Below are positions 26,640-36,357 of a stretch of DNA of 64,000 bases, piece after piece. Position numbers and translations under genes: made by a program. The notes beneath the pieces were generated by a model. It was not told where the DNA came from, did not search any database, and was given only the letters and a program-made list of their open reading frames with translations. Within the stretch, counting starts at the first letter, position 1. Each line of letters starts with the position of its first letter. The stretch is from Nemertoderma westbladi (lineage: Eukaryota > Animalia > Xenacoelomorpha). The DNA is taken from contig JAUCBJ010007509.1 of NCBI GenBank assembly GCA_032718475.1, forward strand, positions 1 to 64,000. The letters run 5' to 3'.

Positions 26640-27092
26640 ATGGATATTTTAAATGAAAAATGTCCAGTTTGCTATTCTAAGTTATTGCAACAACATCGAG
26701 ATTATTATAAATGTGAAAATAAACATGCAACTTGCGTACAATGTATTGTACAATATTCCAAAATGAATAATTATTGTTCTAAAATTTGTCCTATTTGTCG
26801 CGCATCCATATCTAAGTTTAATATAAAGTTGGCAAGATACCAACCCTATTATTGGAAAGAGCTTCGCAATATAACTTATATTTCTGCGAAAAGTAATGAT
26901 CCTGGAGATTTATTTACAATATTGGAGAATATTTTTTATAGAAACGTAGTACGACGCTGTTGCTACTATATTCCTTATTTTTTTAGCAGCGAACATAAAA
27001 AAATCATTAGCGCGAAATTCTCGGGAAGTGATTTCCAAACCGCCGATGTTACCTATCATTATTTCGCGTATAAAGATGCTCACCATGCTTGA
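26640..27092 (+). CDS. RING-finger (C3HC4) protein, putative E3 ubiquitin ligase
   Basis: CPVC-x12-CENKH-x2-CVQC-x14-CPICR. Confidence 0.8.
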   Translation: MDILNEKCPVCYSKLLQQHRDYYKCENKHATCVQCIVQYSKMNNYCSKICPICRASISKFNIKLARYQPYYWKELRNITYISAKSNDPGDLFTILENIFYRNVVRRCCYYIPYFFSSEHKKIISAKFSGSDFQTADVTYHYFAYKDAHHA

Positions 27093-27311
27093 AATTACAT
27101 CAGTCTATACTATAATTGGAAATAGCACCTTTTGCTGCAGCGAGCGTCACATACTGTAGTTGTGTCATATGTTAATTAAATATACAGTACTCTAATATTA
27201 TTGTAGTTCCAACAATTATTGTTATATACATAGTAATGGTGTTGGTTTATTGATATTGATATTGATATTATATTATATTATATTGTTGATATATCTTAAT
27301 AATAATAATAA

Positions 27312-27992
27312 ATGGCTGACTTTAATTCAGGCCCATATAATTTAAACTTTCAAATGGGTACAAGTATGATAATTTCAGGGCCATCTGGTTCCGGAAAGTC
27401 AACCTTTGTGGGGAATTTAATTAAACACAAGAATGGTTGTTTCAACGAAGCCCCCTTGCGAGTATTGTATTGTTACGGGAGCAATCCCCCGACTATTCCT
27501 GGTATTACTCACCTTTACAAAGGCTTGCCTGAAAATATAGATAGTTTAGTCAATAGTCGAGATTTATTAATTATAGATGATTTGTTAACAGAAACTGAGT
27601 CCAGTACAGCTTTAACTGTATTGTTTACTAAGGTGGCTCATCATTCCAATATATTTATTTGTTTTATAACGCAAAACATGTTTTACGGTGGGAAGCATAA
27701 CCGCACAAGATCAATTAATAGCCATACTTTAGTATTAATGAAAAATCCGAGAGACAGTCTATCGGTTTTAAATTTCGCGAAGCAGATGTTACCAGGGCAG
27801 ACCAAATTTTTAGTTGATTCCTATCAAGATGCGACAATTCAACCATTTTCACATTTCTTAATTGATTTACGACAGGAAACACCCGAACATTTAAGATTTA
27901 GATCTGATATATTTCGTAATCATAATTGTTACATTAAAAATTACACTGACTATAAACGTAGCGAAAATAATAATAATAATAATGATAAATAA
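27312..27992 (+). CDS. DNA-packaging ATPase (FtsK-HerA/A32-like)
   Basis: Walker A GPSGSGKS, Walker B LLIIDD, HHSNIFICFITQN, R-x3-N finger and KNPRD, all typical of Polinton ATPases. Confidence 0.93.
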   Translation: MADFNSGPYNLNFQMGTSMIISGPSGSGKSTFVGNLIKHKNGCFNEAPLRVLYCYGSNPPTIPGITHLYKGLPENIDSLVNSRDLLIIDDLLTETESSTALTVLFTKVAHHSNIFICFITQNMFYGGKHNRTRSINSHTLVLMKNPRDSLSVLNFAKQMLPGQTKFLVDSYQDATIQPFSHFLIDLRQETPEHLRFRSDIFRNHNCYIKNYTDYKRSENNNNNNDK

Positions 27993-28029
27993 TTAATATT
28001 TTGTAACAATTTTCAATAATGTTGCAACA

Positions 28030-29349
28030 ATGAAAAGACTTGTGCAGAAATATCGTAACGAACTGGAATTTCTACGCAGCGCTACCCCTCAACAAAGAAC
28101 TTATTTTATTAACCATACCGCCAGTAACGAATTAATACGGCTCATTGTAAATACTGCATTAAATGTTCTAAAAGGTAATGTACAATTGACCCCTCATTCA
28201 TTTAGAAATATTCGCCGCTATAAGAAGGTATTGAAATCACTCAACCGTAAAACAAAAAATATATCAAGTTACAGAAAAAAGTTAAGTAATCAATTAAGTA
28301 AAGTTAAGTTAAGAATTTATTTAGATCCTTCATCCCCCGCGGGATTTGCAAGTGTTGCAAAATTAGCAAAAGCTGCAAACATCAAACCGGCGCAAGCCCA
28401 GAAATGGTTGAGTGGACAAAAGACATACACCCTTCACGCTCCACGTAGACAACATTATCCAACATCTAAAATATTTACGGGAGGCATAAAAGATATATAT
28501 ATGATAGATCTGGTGGATATGCAGCAATATAAGTCGCAAAATAATAATTATAACTATATATTAACGTGCATTGATGCCTTCAGTCGGCTTGCTTTTGCCT
28601 ATGCTATGAAAACAAAAAAGGGTGTTGAAATTATTAGTATATTGCAAAAAATATTCCAGAAAGGAAAACCAAACAGAATCGCCACGGATCAAGGTTCTGA
28701 GTTTCTAAATAAATCTGTAAGGAAATATTTAGATACGTTAGGTATACAGTATTACGTAATGTATTCTGTGAATAAGGCGGCTATTGTCGAGAGATTCAAC
28801 AGAACCCTAAAAACAAAGATGTTCAAAATTTTCACGCAAAGGGGAAATAATATTTGGATAAAAATTTTACCTAAGCTTATCTCGGCTTATAATAGGTCGT
28901 ATCATAGAACAATACAAATGACACCTATTGAAGTTAATAAATTTAATGAAACTGAATTAATGAATAGATTATATGGGAAATATAGACAGATAAATCACAA
29001 GAAAATAAAATTTAAAGTTGGAGATACAGTACGATTATCTATTGCTCGTACTGCTTTTGCTAAAGGCTATTGAGAACAATGGACACGTGAATTATTTATT
29101 ATTCATCGGGTCAGGTTGGATAGAGTACCAGCGGTAATGTTCGATATTAAGGACAGCACCGGAGCTATAATAAAGGGCTCATTTTATTCTCACGAACTCC
29201 AAAAGGTCCACCCGAATAGTAATATTTATCTAGCAATTGACAAAAAAAATATTGGCAAACTGAAAGAACGTGTACACAATGGGAAGAAAGAATATTTAGT
29301 CCGATTCATCGGATCCAAGAAACAGTCCTGGGTACAGCATATTCAATAA
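28030..29349 (+). CDS. Retroviral-like (rve) integrase with C-terminal chromo-like segment; in-frame TGA at 29071-29073; N-terminally fused to a basic Polinton ORF
   Basis: DDE triad in IDLVDM / TDQGSEF / VERFNRTLK; YNRSYHRTI; FAKGY*EQWT; GSFY..ELQ; YLVRFIG; ORF 29116-29349 is in the same frame. Confidence 0.92.
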
Positions 29350-29598
29350 GCTTAGGTTTATACTGTATATTAATTCATTTTGGTCGCATATGACCGTAAT
29401 TAATCAATAATATTAACTCGAATGATATTACTATATCTATAGTTCATCCGCTTTAAATAAAGCTAGTAAAATATTGATCCCTCGCATATACTGTAGAAGA
29501 TGCTGGCAATGAACGTGGTCACAGATGTCTATAATTTAACATTATACTGTATGTACAAAGGAGTCAAGTAGAGAGAGCGAGCTTAAATAATAATAATA

Positions 29599-30471
29599 AT
29601 GGCCACAGATACATATATCACTCTACTTTCAGATAGCTCATTGAACACTTATCCCAATAATAATCCTAGTGAGTTTACTGTTGATTTAGCCGAAGAATTA
29701 TATATTGGTCCAAACGCTAAAATTGGACTTGCCGAACTTCAATATCAAGCAACATACAGTAATATTACGCTGCAAACTCAAATCTCACTGTCAATCGGGG
29801 TAGATGCAAAAGATGCCAAATTATATAGTTTATTTCCTGGTATGCATAACTCTATTCAAGTGATTATTGATGATATAAATAAACTGTTTAATTCTGAAGC
29901 GAAATATAGAGATTTCGAATTCATTTTTAATACAAATAATTCTAGAATTAAATTTAAATTTCCTAAAAAGTTGAAAAAAATACAATTAAGTCTACGCGGC
30001 GATTTAATACAAATTCTAGGCTTAAAACCGTTATTGGATCGGAATCATCCGGATATTCCAAATTGGGATATATACAGTACCACTACAGTAGATGAATTAA
30101 GCAATATAGAACAGCCGATATTAATTTTAAATTATAGCGGGCCAAAAATTTCGGAAATTGGCATTTTAGATTTTCCAGCTCCCACGAATATAACACGTAA
30201 TAAAGACACTATCTTTATATACACAGATATTATTAAGAGCTCATTTGTTGGCGACGCTTTAGCTCCGCTCTTAAGAACCTGCCCTTTAACGCAATTAAAT
30301 CGAAAATATATTAATCACGAATACGAGAGCATTTGCTATTTCCCATTGTTGAATAAAAAACTAAAAACAATCTTAATTACTTTACGTGACGGCCAAGGCC
30401 AATTAATTAACTTCAGCGGAGGTCGCACTGTTATAACACTTAAGTTAATACGGGGTGGCGGCGATGGATGA
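29599..30471 (+). CDS. Minor capsid protein (penton) 1
   Basis: YITLLSDSS..YPNN..SEFTV.L, IGLAELQY, IFIYTDII...VGD..APLLR, YFPL and I.LRD..G..I.F motifs. Confidence 0.85.
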   Translation: MATDTYITLLSDSSLNTYPNNNPSEFTVDLAEELYIGPNAKIGLAELQYQATYSNITLQTQISLSIGVDAKDAKLYSLFPGMHNSIQVIIDDINKLFNSEAKYRDFEFIFNTNNSRIKFKFPKKLKKIQLSLRGDLIQILGLKPLLDRNHPDIPNWDIYSTTTVDELSNIEQPILILNYSGPKISEIGILDFPAPTNITRNKDTIFIYTDIIKSSFVGDALAPLLRTCPLTQLNRKYINHEYESICYFPLLNKKLKTILITLRDGQGQLINFSGGRTVITLKLIRGGGDG

Positions 30472-31309
30472 GTTCTACGTTAGACTACCGAGTAATTCCT
30501 GTCCAATTGATTTTCCCCGCAATAGCGCTAGTAATTATCAGATAAATTTCCACGGCGCCTTACCTATAAATCCAAACGAAAACTGGGTGGTAGGTATAAA
30601 AAGTATATTTTACTTAGCAACGTTGCCGTCCATGTATAACAATGTAGAGAATGTTATTTTATTAAAAAAAGGGAAAAAAATTTTTGAGGATACACTTCCA
30701 TCTGGTTTATTCTACAGTATCAATGACATTATAGATTATTTTAACACGGGGGCGTTGAAAGATAAATTACAAATAGTTGAAAATACTCAGCAAAATAGAT
30801 TGCAATTTATTTTAGGGAAAACTGTGCGAGAGTTATTTATAGGTCAACAATTAGCCTATTATTTTGGAATTACTGAAAATAATCTCGGTGCGAATTTAAA
30901 TCCAAATTTTAAAATTATTTTGAAGACGAAAAATAATATAAAGGGTTATTTAATAAAGGTTATCGGAAATGGAGAAAAGGCTTACCAGATGGTATTTTTA
31001 TGTCCTCAACCACCCAACTCTATTCCAGAACCTAAGTCGAACATGTACGTGACTACTAATATAATTGAAAATCAATATATTAACGATTTTGGTTTAGCTT
31101 TACTTCGTCGTGTTGCGATACCTGATGATGTGAAATATGGTAGCGTAATAAATAAAGAATTTGTCAAGGATACAATTCATTATATCCCTGTAAAAAAATC
31201 ATATAAGATAACATACATTCATATTGAAATAACAGACAAAGAAGGAAAAGATTTGAATTTTGAATACGGCACAACTTCTATTACATTACACTTTAAACGT
31301 ATAAATTAA
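30464..31309 (+). CDS. Minor capsid protein (penton) 2, diverged paralog
   Basis: FYVRLPSNS...FPRN..SNY, WVVGI, MYVTTNII..Q...D...LLR, YIPV, IEITD..G..L.F..G...ITLHFKR. Confidence 0.85.
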   Translation: MDEFYVRLPSNSCPIDFPRNSASNYQINFHGALPINPNENWVVGIKSIFYLATLPSMYNNVENVILLKKGKKIFEDTLPSGLFYSINDIIDYFNTGALKDKLQIVENTQQNRLQFILGKTVRELFIGQQLAYYFGITENNLGANLNPNFKIILKTKNNIKGYLIKVIGNGEKAYQMVFLCPQPPNSIPEPKSNMYVTTNIIENQYINDFGLALLRRVAIPDDVKYGSVINKEFVKDTIHYIPVKKSYKITYIHIEITDKEGKDLNFEYGTTSITLHFKRIN

Positions 31310-31310
31310 A

Positions 31311-31871
31311 ATGGATTCTGATTTATTTCAAAGATACAGTAAACCTCAATATGGGGGTTCAGACTCTAATCTTGCTGTTTTTAAAGGTGGAAGAAGTACC
31401 AGAGGCTCGACGCAAGTTCCTGTTTTTCGTGGTGGTTCATATATTGACCCTTACGGTCAACAAATTGGCACATTTGGTCCAAACTTAAAACAACGTTGTT
31501 TTCAGCGTTATCGTAGAGGTATGCGGGCAAATCAACACGGAGAAGGTATATTTACAGACGCCTTATCGACATTAAAAAAAATTGGTAAGCCATTAGCTAA
31601 AAAAGTTTTACAGAAAGCTTTACCATTTACCACAAAATTTATGAGACAACACGTAATACCAAAAGGTAAGCGGGTCTTACATCAGCAGGCTAATACAGTT
31701 ATTAATAAAGCATTAAATAAAATGAAACCGTCAACAAGGTCGGTTGTAGAAAAAGTTTATAGAGATTTAAAGCGACCCGCTAGACCAATGTCTATGAACA
31801 TACATCATCGACGTAGTAAAAAGAGAAATATAAAAGGCAAACTGAAACACTGCGAAAAAAGTATTTTTTAA
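31311..31871 (+). CDS. Basic virion core/membrane-active protein with adenain-type cleavage motifs
   Basis: QYGG, FKGG, VFRGG and QHGEG followed by an amphipathic helix (IFTDALSTLKKIGKPLAKKVL); K/R-rich; sits between penton and MCP. Confidence 0.7.
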   Translation: MDSDLFQRYSKPQYGGSDSNLAVFKGGRSTRGSTQVPVFRGGSYIDPYGQQIGTFGPNLKQRCFQRYRRGMRANQHGEGIFTDALSTLKKIGKPLAKKVLQKALPFTTKFMRQHVIPKGKRVLHQQANTVINKALNKMKPSTRSVVEKVYRDLKRPARPMSMNIHHRRSKKRNIKGKLKHCEKSIF

Positions 31872-31873
31872 TA

Positions 31874-32914
31874 ATGTCAATTATTAAGGAATTAGATTTA
31901 TTTTCTACACAGCCAATACAGACTGAATTTAAAGCAAAGCAATATGAAACAATTTACCCTGTATCTAATCTCAGAAGTGAATCTAGGGAGGTCACCTTCC
32001 TTGTACCCAGATCCAATGAATTCTATACGAAACTGCAAGACGCGTTATTAATTACAAAATGTACAGTACGTTGGGATAGACGACTTGAAAACTCCCATAT
32101 TTATATGCTGAATTACCCAGCTGAAACTATGTGGAGTGATATTAAAATAGACCTTAATGAGAAGCAGGTTGAAAATAGCAATAACCATTATTTCTACAAG
32201 TCGTACTTATCCAATTTATTATTTACAACTTACGAGGATAAAAATGGGCTACTGGGTGCGGGTGGCTTTCATCAACCTTTATCTGAACACGGAAATGAAA
32301 TTGATCCCGGCGCGCATCCTATTGCCGATGCCTTTAGTAAACAAATGCAATTTGTAAGTGGATTGACGATTGATTTTGATACTGAAACTAAAATAATACA
32401 ACCTAGGTATGATTTAAGAATGCATTTTAGAAAAGTATCAAATTCGTTTATTTTTCAAATCACTCCAAACGCAAACGCCGTGACAAATCTTCGACTAGAA
32501 TTAGATGAAATAAAAATTCTAATCCCTAGAATGGGGGTTAATCCAGTAATAGAAAGCAGTCACCTAAAAGGTTTAGAGAGCTACGATATTGAATATCAAT
32601 TTCAAAAGAAAGAGGTAACTACATTTACTATTCCAGCTCAAACCACTCAATTAATGAAAAACATTAATACATATATTAACGGTTATGGAGGTAATAATAT
32701 AGACCATGAAACCTACTTAGGTAATTGTCCCATCCTATCCTGGGACCTAACCGCCGATGGCTACGTTAGAGATCCGCAACCCTCGATATATACTAACGGT
32801 CAATTAAAATTAAGATTTGCCGAACCGTTGGTTGAAACCATAAATGTAATCGTTTTTAATATTTATGATCAATCATTAAGTTTAAATAGCAGGAAAGAAA
32901 TACATATCGATTAA
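31874..32914 (+). CDS. Major capsid protein (double jelly-roll, Polinton PY type), apparently internally deleted
   Basis: ELDLFS..PIQT, YP, N....MWSD..I.LN...V...NNHY.YKSY, WDLT.D, L.LRFAEPL...INVIV motifs. Confidence 0.85.
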   Translation: MSIIKELDLFSTQPIQTEFKAKQYETIYPVSNLRSESREVTFLVPRSNEFYTKLQDALLITKCTVRWDRRLENSHIYMLNYPAETMWSDIKIDLNEKQVENSNNHYFYKSYLSNLLFTTYEDKNGLLGAGGFHQPLSEHGNEIDPGAHPIADAFSKQMQFVSGLTIDFDTETKIIQPRYDLRMHFRKVSNSFIFQITPNANAVTNLRLELDEIKILIPRMGVNPVIESSHLKGLESYDIEYQFQKKEVTTFTIPAQTTQLMKNINTYINGYGGNNIDHETYLGNCPILSWDLTADGYVRDPQPSIYTNGQLKLRFAEPLVETINVIVFNIYDQSLSLNSRKEIHID

Positions 32915-32916
32915 GT

Positions 32917-33369
32917 ATGTTATCTACAGAGGACCTTGATATGTTTCCAGTGGGTGGTCACTATTTGGGCGCGTTTCCAGCTAATAAATTACCTAAATTA
33001 GATAATAATAAGCGGCAGGATTATGGCTTGATAGTAAATACTGATAGAGAGCATCTGCCCGGGATTCATTGGATCGCGATATATATACGAGATAATGAAG
33101 CCGAAGTATTTGACTCGTTTGGACCAAAATATCCAAACAGATGCATCGAAAAATGGCTTGAGAAAATTTCCGCAAGGTGGCGTACTACACGCAAACAATT
33201 TCAAGACCCCAGGAGGACCACATGCGGTCTATACTGTCTTTATTATTTGGTAAATCGTATTCACACAATCTATCCAATGAGAGCGTTTACAAATAATGTG
33301 GAAATCAATGAAATTATATTATATAAATGGCTTGTTAATTATTATAAATTAAACCAACAAACTTTGTAA
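32917..33369 (+). CDS. Adenain-like cysteine maturation protease
   Basis: VNTD...PGIHW, FDSFG, Q....TTCGLYC (catalytic H/D/Q/C). Confidence 0.93.
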   Translation: MLSTEDLDMFPVGGHYLGAFPANKLPKLDNNKRQDYGLIVNTDREHLPGIHWIAIYIRDNEAEVFDSFGPKYPNRCIEKWLEKISARWRTTRKQFQDPRRTTCGLYCLYYLVNRIHTIYPMRAFTNNVEINEIILYKWLVNYYKLNQQTL

Positions 33370-33400
33370 TTAATCATTTAACTTTTGTTTATCAGATAAA

Positions 33401-33997
33401 ATGGATAATATTATTTTTGTTGATTTTCAATATTATAAGATAGACAATAAGGAGTATCCTGTAGTATTTAAAGAATTTGCTATTTTCGATTCTAATTACA
33501 CCAAAACTAATGTAAAGACGTTTTTAATTAAAGGCCCGTCTAATATTAAGTTATCAGCTTTAGATGCAGCTCACGTAAACAATTTACGGGATATGACTTC
33601 TCACTTGCCCTGGAACTACGGGGACATTTCTCAAGATGACTTTAAAAAATATATGAAGAGACATTTAAAATATAAAAAAAATATTCATGTATTTGGGTTG
33701 CTGAAACGGGCAATATTAGTTTCCCAACTCGATGTTCACGAGCCAAATTCGGTGGAGAAATTGGGAATATATAAGCAATATCACGATTATTTAACACCTT
33801 GTCGATTTCACGACCGATTCACTACAATGGAAAGTAAATGTGCGTTCCACTTAAACATAAGGGATAACTGTCTGCGATACTGCTCAGCAAAACGTGTTGG
33901 CAGGTATGAGGCTCTACACTTTTTCATGAGAAAGCGTTTAACTGCGACTGATGATGATAAACAGAAAGAAATAACTGCGGTGGAAGATGTACTGTAG
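33401..33997 (+). CDS. Polinton accessory protein, possibly DnaQ/DEDD exonuclease-like fold
   Basis: IFVDFQ...VFKEFAI, LPWNYG and a C-terminal C/H cluster; resembles a recurrent Polinton ORF family. Confidence 0.55.
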   Translation: MDNIIFVDFQYYKIDNKEYPVVFKEFAIFDSNYTKTNVKTFLIKGPSNIKLSALDAAHVNNLRDMTSHLPWNYGDISQDDFKKYMKRHLKYKKNIHVFGLLKRAILVSQLDVHEPNSVEKLGIYKQYHDYLTPCRFHDRFTTMESKCAFHLNIRDNCLRYCSAKRVGRYEALHFFMRKRLTATDDDKQKEITAVEDVL

Positions 33998-34349
33998 GTT
34001 TACTCTAAGCATGTAATGTGATGGGATAATATAATTTTATTTTAGTGATGATCTTGATGTTAATATAAAAAATATAATAAAATATAATTTTTTACAACAA
34101 GTTCTCTAAAAAAGAGTCAATTGCGCTAGGTTAACTATACACATTTAACAATATGATGTAGACGTAACATGTACAGTAAGTATTCTCGATATCATTCTAA
34201 TATAGATGTACTGGTATTGTGAAACAGCCTATACATCGCAAACTAATAACACATACAGTAGTTGACTAGTAATATTAGTCAGAAAATGCAACATAATCTG
34301 TATAGGGTGTAATGATAACCTGTTGGTACCGGTACTGATAAATTATAGG

Positions 34350-35520
34350 CCTATCTACAACTGTCATCCACTTTATCAGTACCGGTAGTGTTTTACTCTT
34401 CCAACACTGTAGTTTCTGTCTAGTGGTATCGGTACAGCAGTAATCTGATGCATGCAGGGGTCTCACATATAGGGATTAGATCACCTATCCAAACAATACA
34501 GTACTGCTGTACTGTCGCTGTTCTTGATGTAACATCATAATCAGATAAAGCATACTGATTTCCTTTGATTAGCATTGTACTGCAGTACCGGTACGACAGT
34601 ACCTGCAGTAACAAACTAAACCAATGTATACAATATCGTGAGCTAGTTACAATCAGATGTGTACGCAGTCAGCCACGTTGCGGGGATGCGGTCAACCTCA
34701 CAGCTAGCCTCGCAGCTCCTATCCACAACTGTCATCCACTTTATCAGTACAGCAGTAATCTGATGCAATAGCATTTGTTTTTTTTCACCTATAAGGATAC
34801 TGCTGTCTACCCGAACCTTGATTAGCATAGGCCTACAGCTGTCATAACCTAGATTACATGCAGGGGTCTCACATATAGGGATTAGATCCCCTACCTAAAC
34901 AATACAGTACTGCAGTACTGTCGTTGTTCTTGATGTAACAGCATAATCAGATAGAGCATACTGATTTCCTTTGATTAGCATTGTACTGCAGTATTAATGT
35001 AACAGTACCTGCAGTAACTGTAGTACAAACTAAACCAATGTATACAATATCGTGAGCTAGTTACAATCAGATGTGTATGCAGTCAGCCACGTTGCGGGGA
35101 TGCGGTCAACCTCACAGCTCCTATCCACAACTGTCATCCACTTTATCAGTACAGCAGTAATCTGATGCAATAGCATTTGTTTTTTTTCACCTATAAGGAT
35201 ACTGCTGTCTACCCGAACCTTGATTAGCATAGGCCTACTGCTGTCATAACCTAGATTACATGCAGGAGTCTCACATATAGGGATTAGATCACCTACCCAA
35301 ACAATACAGTACTGCAGTAGGCCTACTGTCGCTGTTCTTGATGTAACTGCGTTGTCAGATAGAGCATACTGATTTCCTTTGATTAGCATTGTACTGCAGT
35401 ACGGTACCGGTACCACAGTATTAATGTAACAGCACCCGCAGTAACAAACTAAGTCATTGTATACAATATCATGAGCCGGATATAATCAGATGTGTACACA
35501 GTCATGGGATGCGGTCAACC
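34350..35520. repeat. ~404-bp tandem repeat (~2.8 copies) between convergent gene blocks
   Basis: GG(G/A)GTCTCACATATAGGG near 34457, 34863 and 35266; CAACTGTCATCCACTTTATCAG three times. Confidence 0.9.
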
Positions 35521-35725
35521 ACGCAGTCAGAGCAGCATCGCTGCCAGCCTCGCAGCCAGCCTCGCGGCACGCAGCAGCCTCGCAGCCAGCCACCCTCGCA
35601 GCCAGCCTCGCGGCACGCAGCAGCCTCGCAGCCAGCCATGCAGCCAGCCTCATGGCGCGCAGCAGCCTCGCAGTTGATCATGCAGTCAGCCAGCCAGCTA
35701 CGCAGCTAGGCACGCAGTCAGCCCG
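35520..35725. repeat. GC-rich short repeat (GCAGCCTCGCAGCCA-type units)
   Basis: Iterated CAGCCTCGCAGC / GGCACGCAG units. Confidence 0.85.
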
Positions 35726-35811
35726 TGAGAGTCATACTTATTCAAACGAGGTTAGTTTTCCCTAACTACCGATAGATTGATTGAAAAATAATAATGTTTA
35801 ATTTTCACCTT

Positions 35812-36357
35812 CTAATCACCAACACCTAAAGTCACAACACCAAACATTAATAAATAATTAACAAGTTTACTAAATATAGGGTAATAAATGTGAAATTTGC
35901 TAGGTGAACACATTAAAGTACATTTACCAGTATGAAAGCAACAAATGACTACGGTATTATTTATTCTTATTTTGCAATTATTAAAAATTTCAGGTTCATA
36001 TATAACTTGAAGTTGTACATTATCAAAGACAACATAAAACCCGGTATTGTTTATCAATAACCTATAGACTACAGACTTAATACTAAAAATATAAGTACAT
36101 AAATTAACAGATTTTAAAATCAAATTAATACTAGTTTTATCAAATATATGCTTTTTTACTTTTTGGAAATTATACTTACTGCCTAATAATGTAATACGAC
36201 CATTTTTAAATATTAATAATGTGGCACCAAATATCTTATATATAAACTGATTTGGTTTGAGTATGTGTTTACCAGATAATTGATTTTTTAATTCTTTAAA
36301 ATTAATCGCTGACACTTGCTGGCAACTTACATTCTTATTGACTATCTGATAGTTCAT
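35812..36357 (-). CDS. TATA-binding protein (TBP)-like protein
   Basis: 181 aa, the size of the TBP core; YQIVN, INFKEL, ATLLIFKNGRITLLGSK (cf. TTALIFSSGKMVCTGAK), YEPEIF (cf. YEPELF), VICCFHTGKCTL (cf. VLLIFVSGKVVL). Confidence 0.8.
   Translation of the reverse strand: MNYQIVNKNVSCQQVSAINFKELKNQLSGKHILKPNQFIYKIFGATLLIFKNGRITLLGSKYNFQKVKKHIFDKTSINLILKSVNLCTYIFSIKSVVYRLLINNTGFYVVFDNVQLQVIYEPEIFNNCKIRINNTVVICCFHTGKCTLMCSPSKFHIYYPIFSKLVNYLLMFGVVTLGVGD

Noticed and set aside
35490-35765. A/S/Q/P-rich ORFs in three frames
   Set aside because: Caused by a stop-poor GC-rich microrepeat
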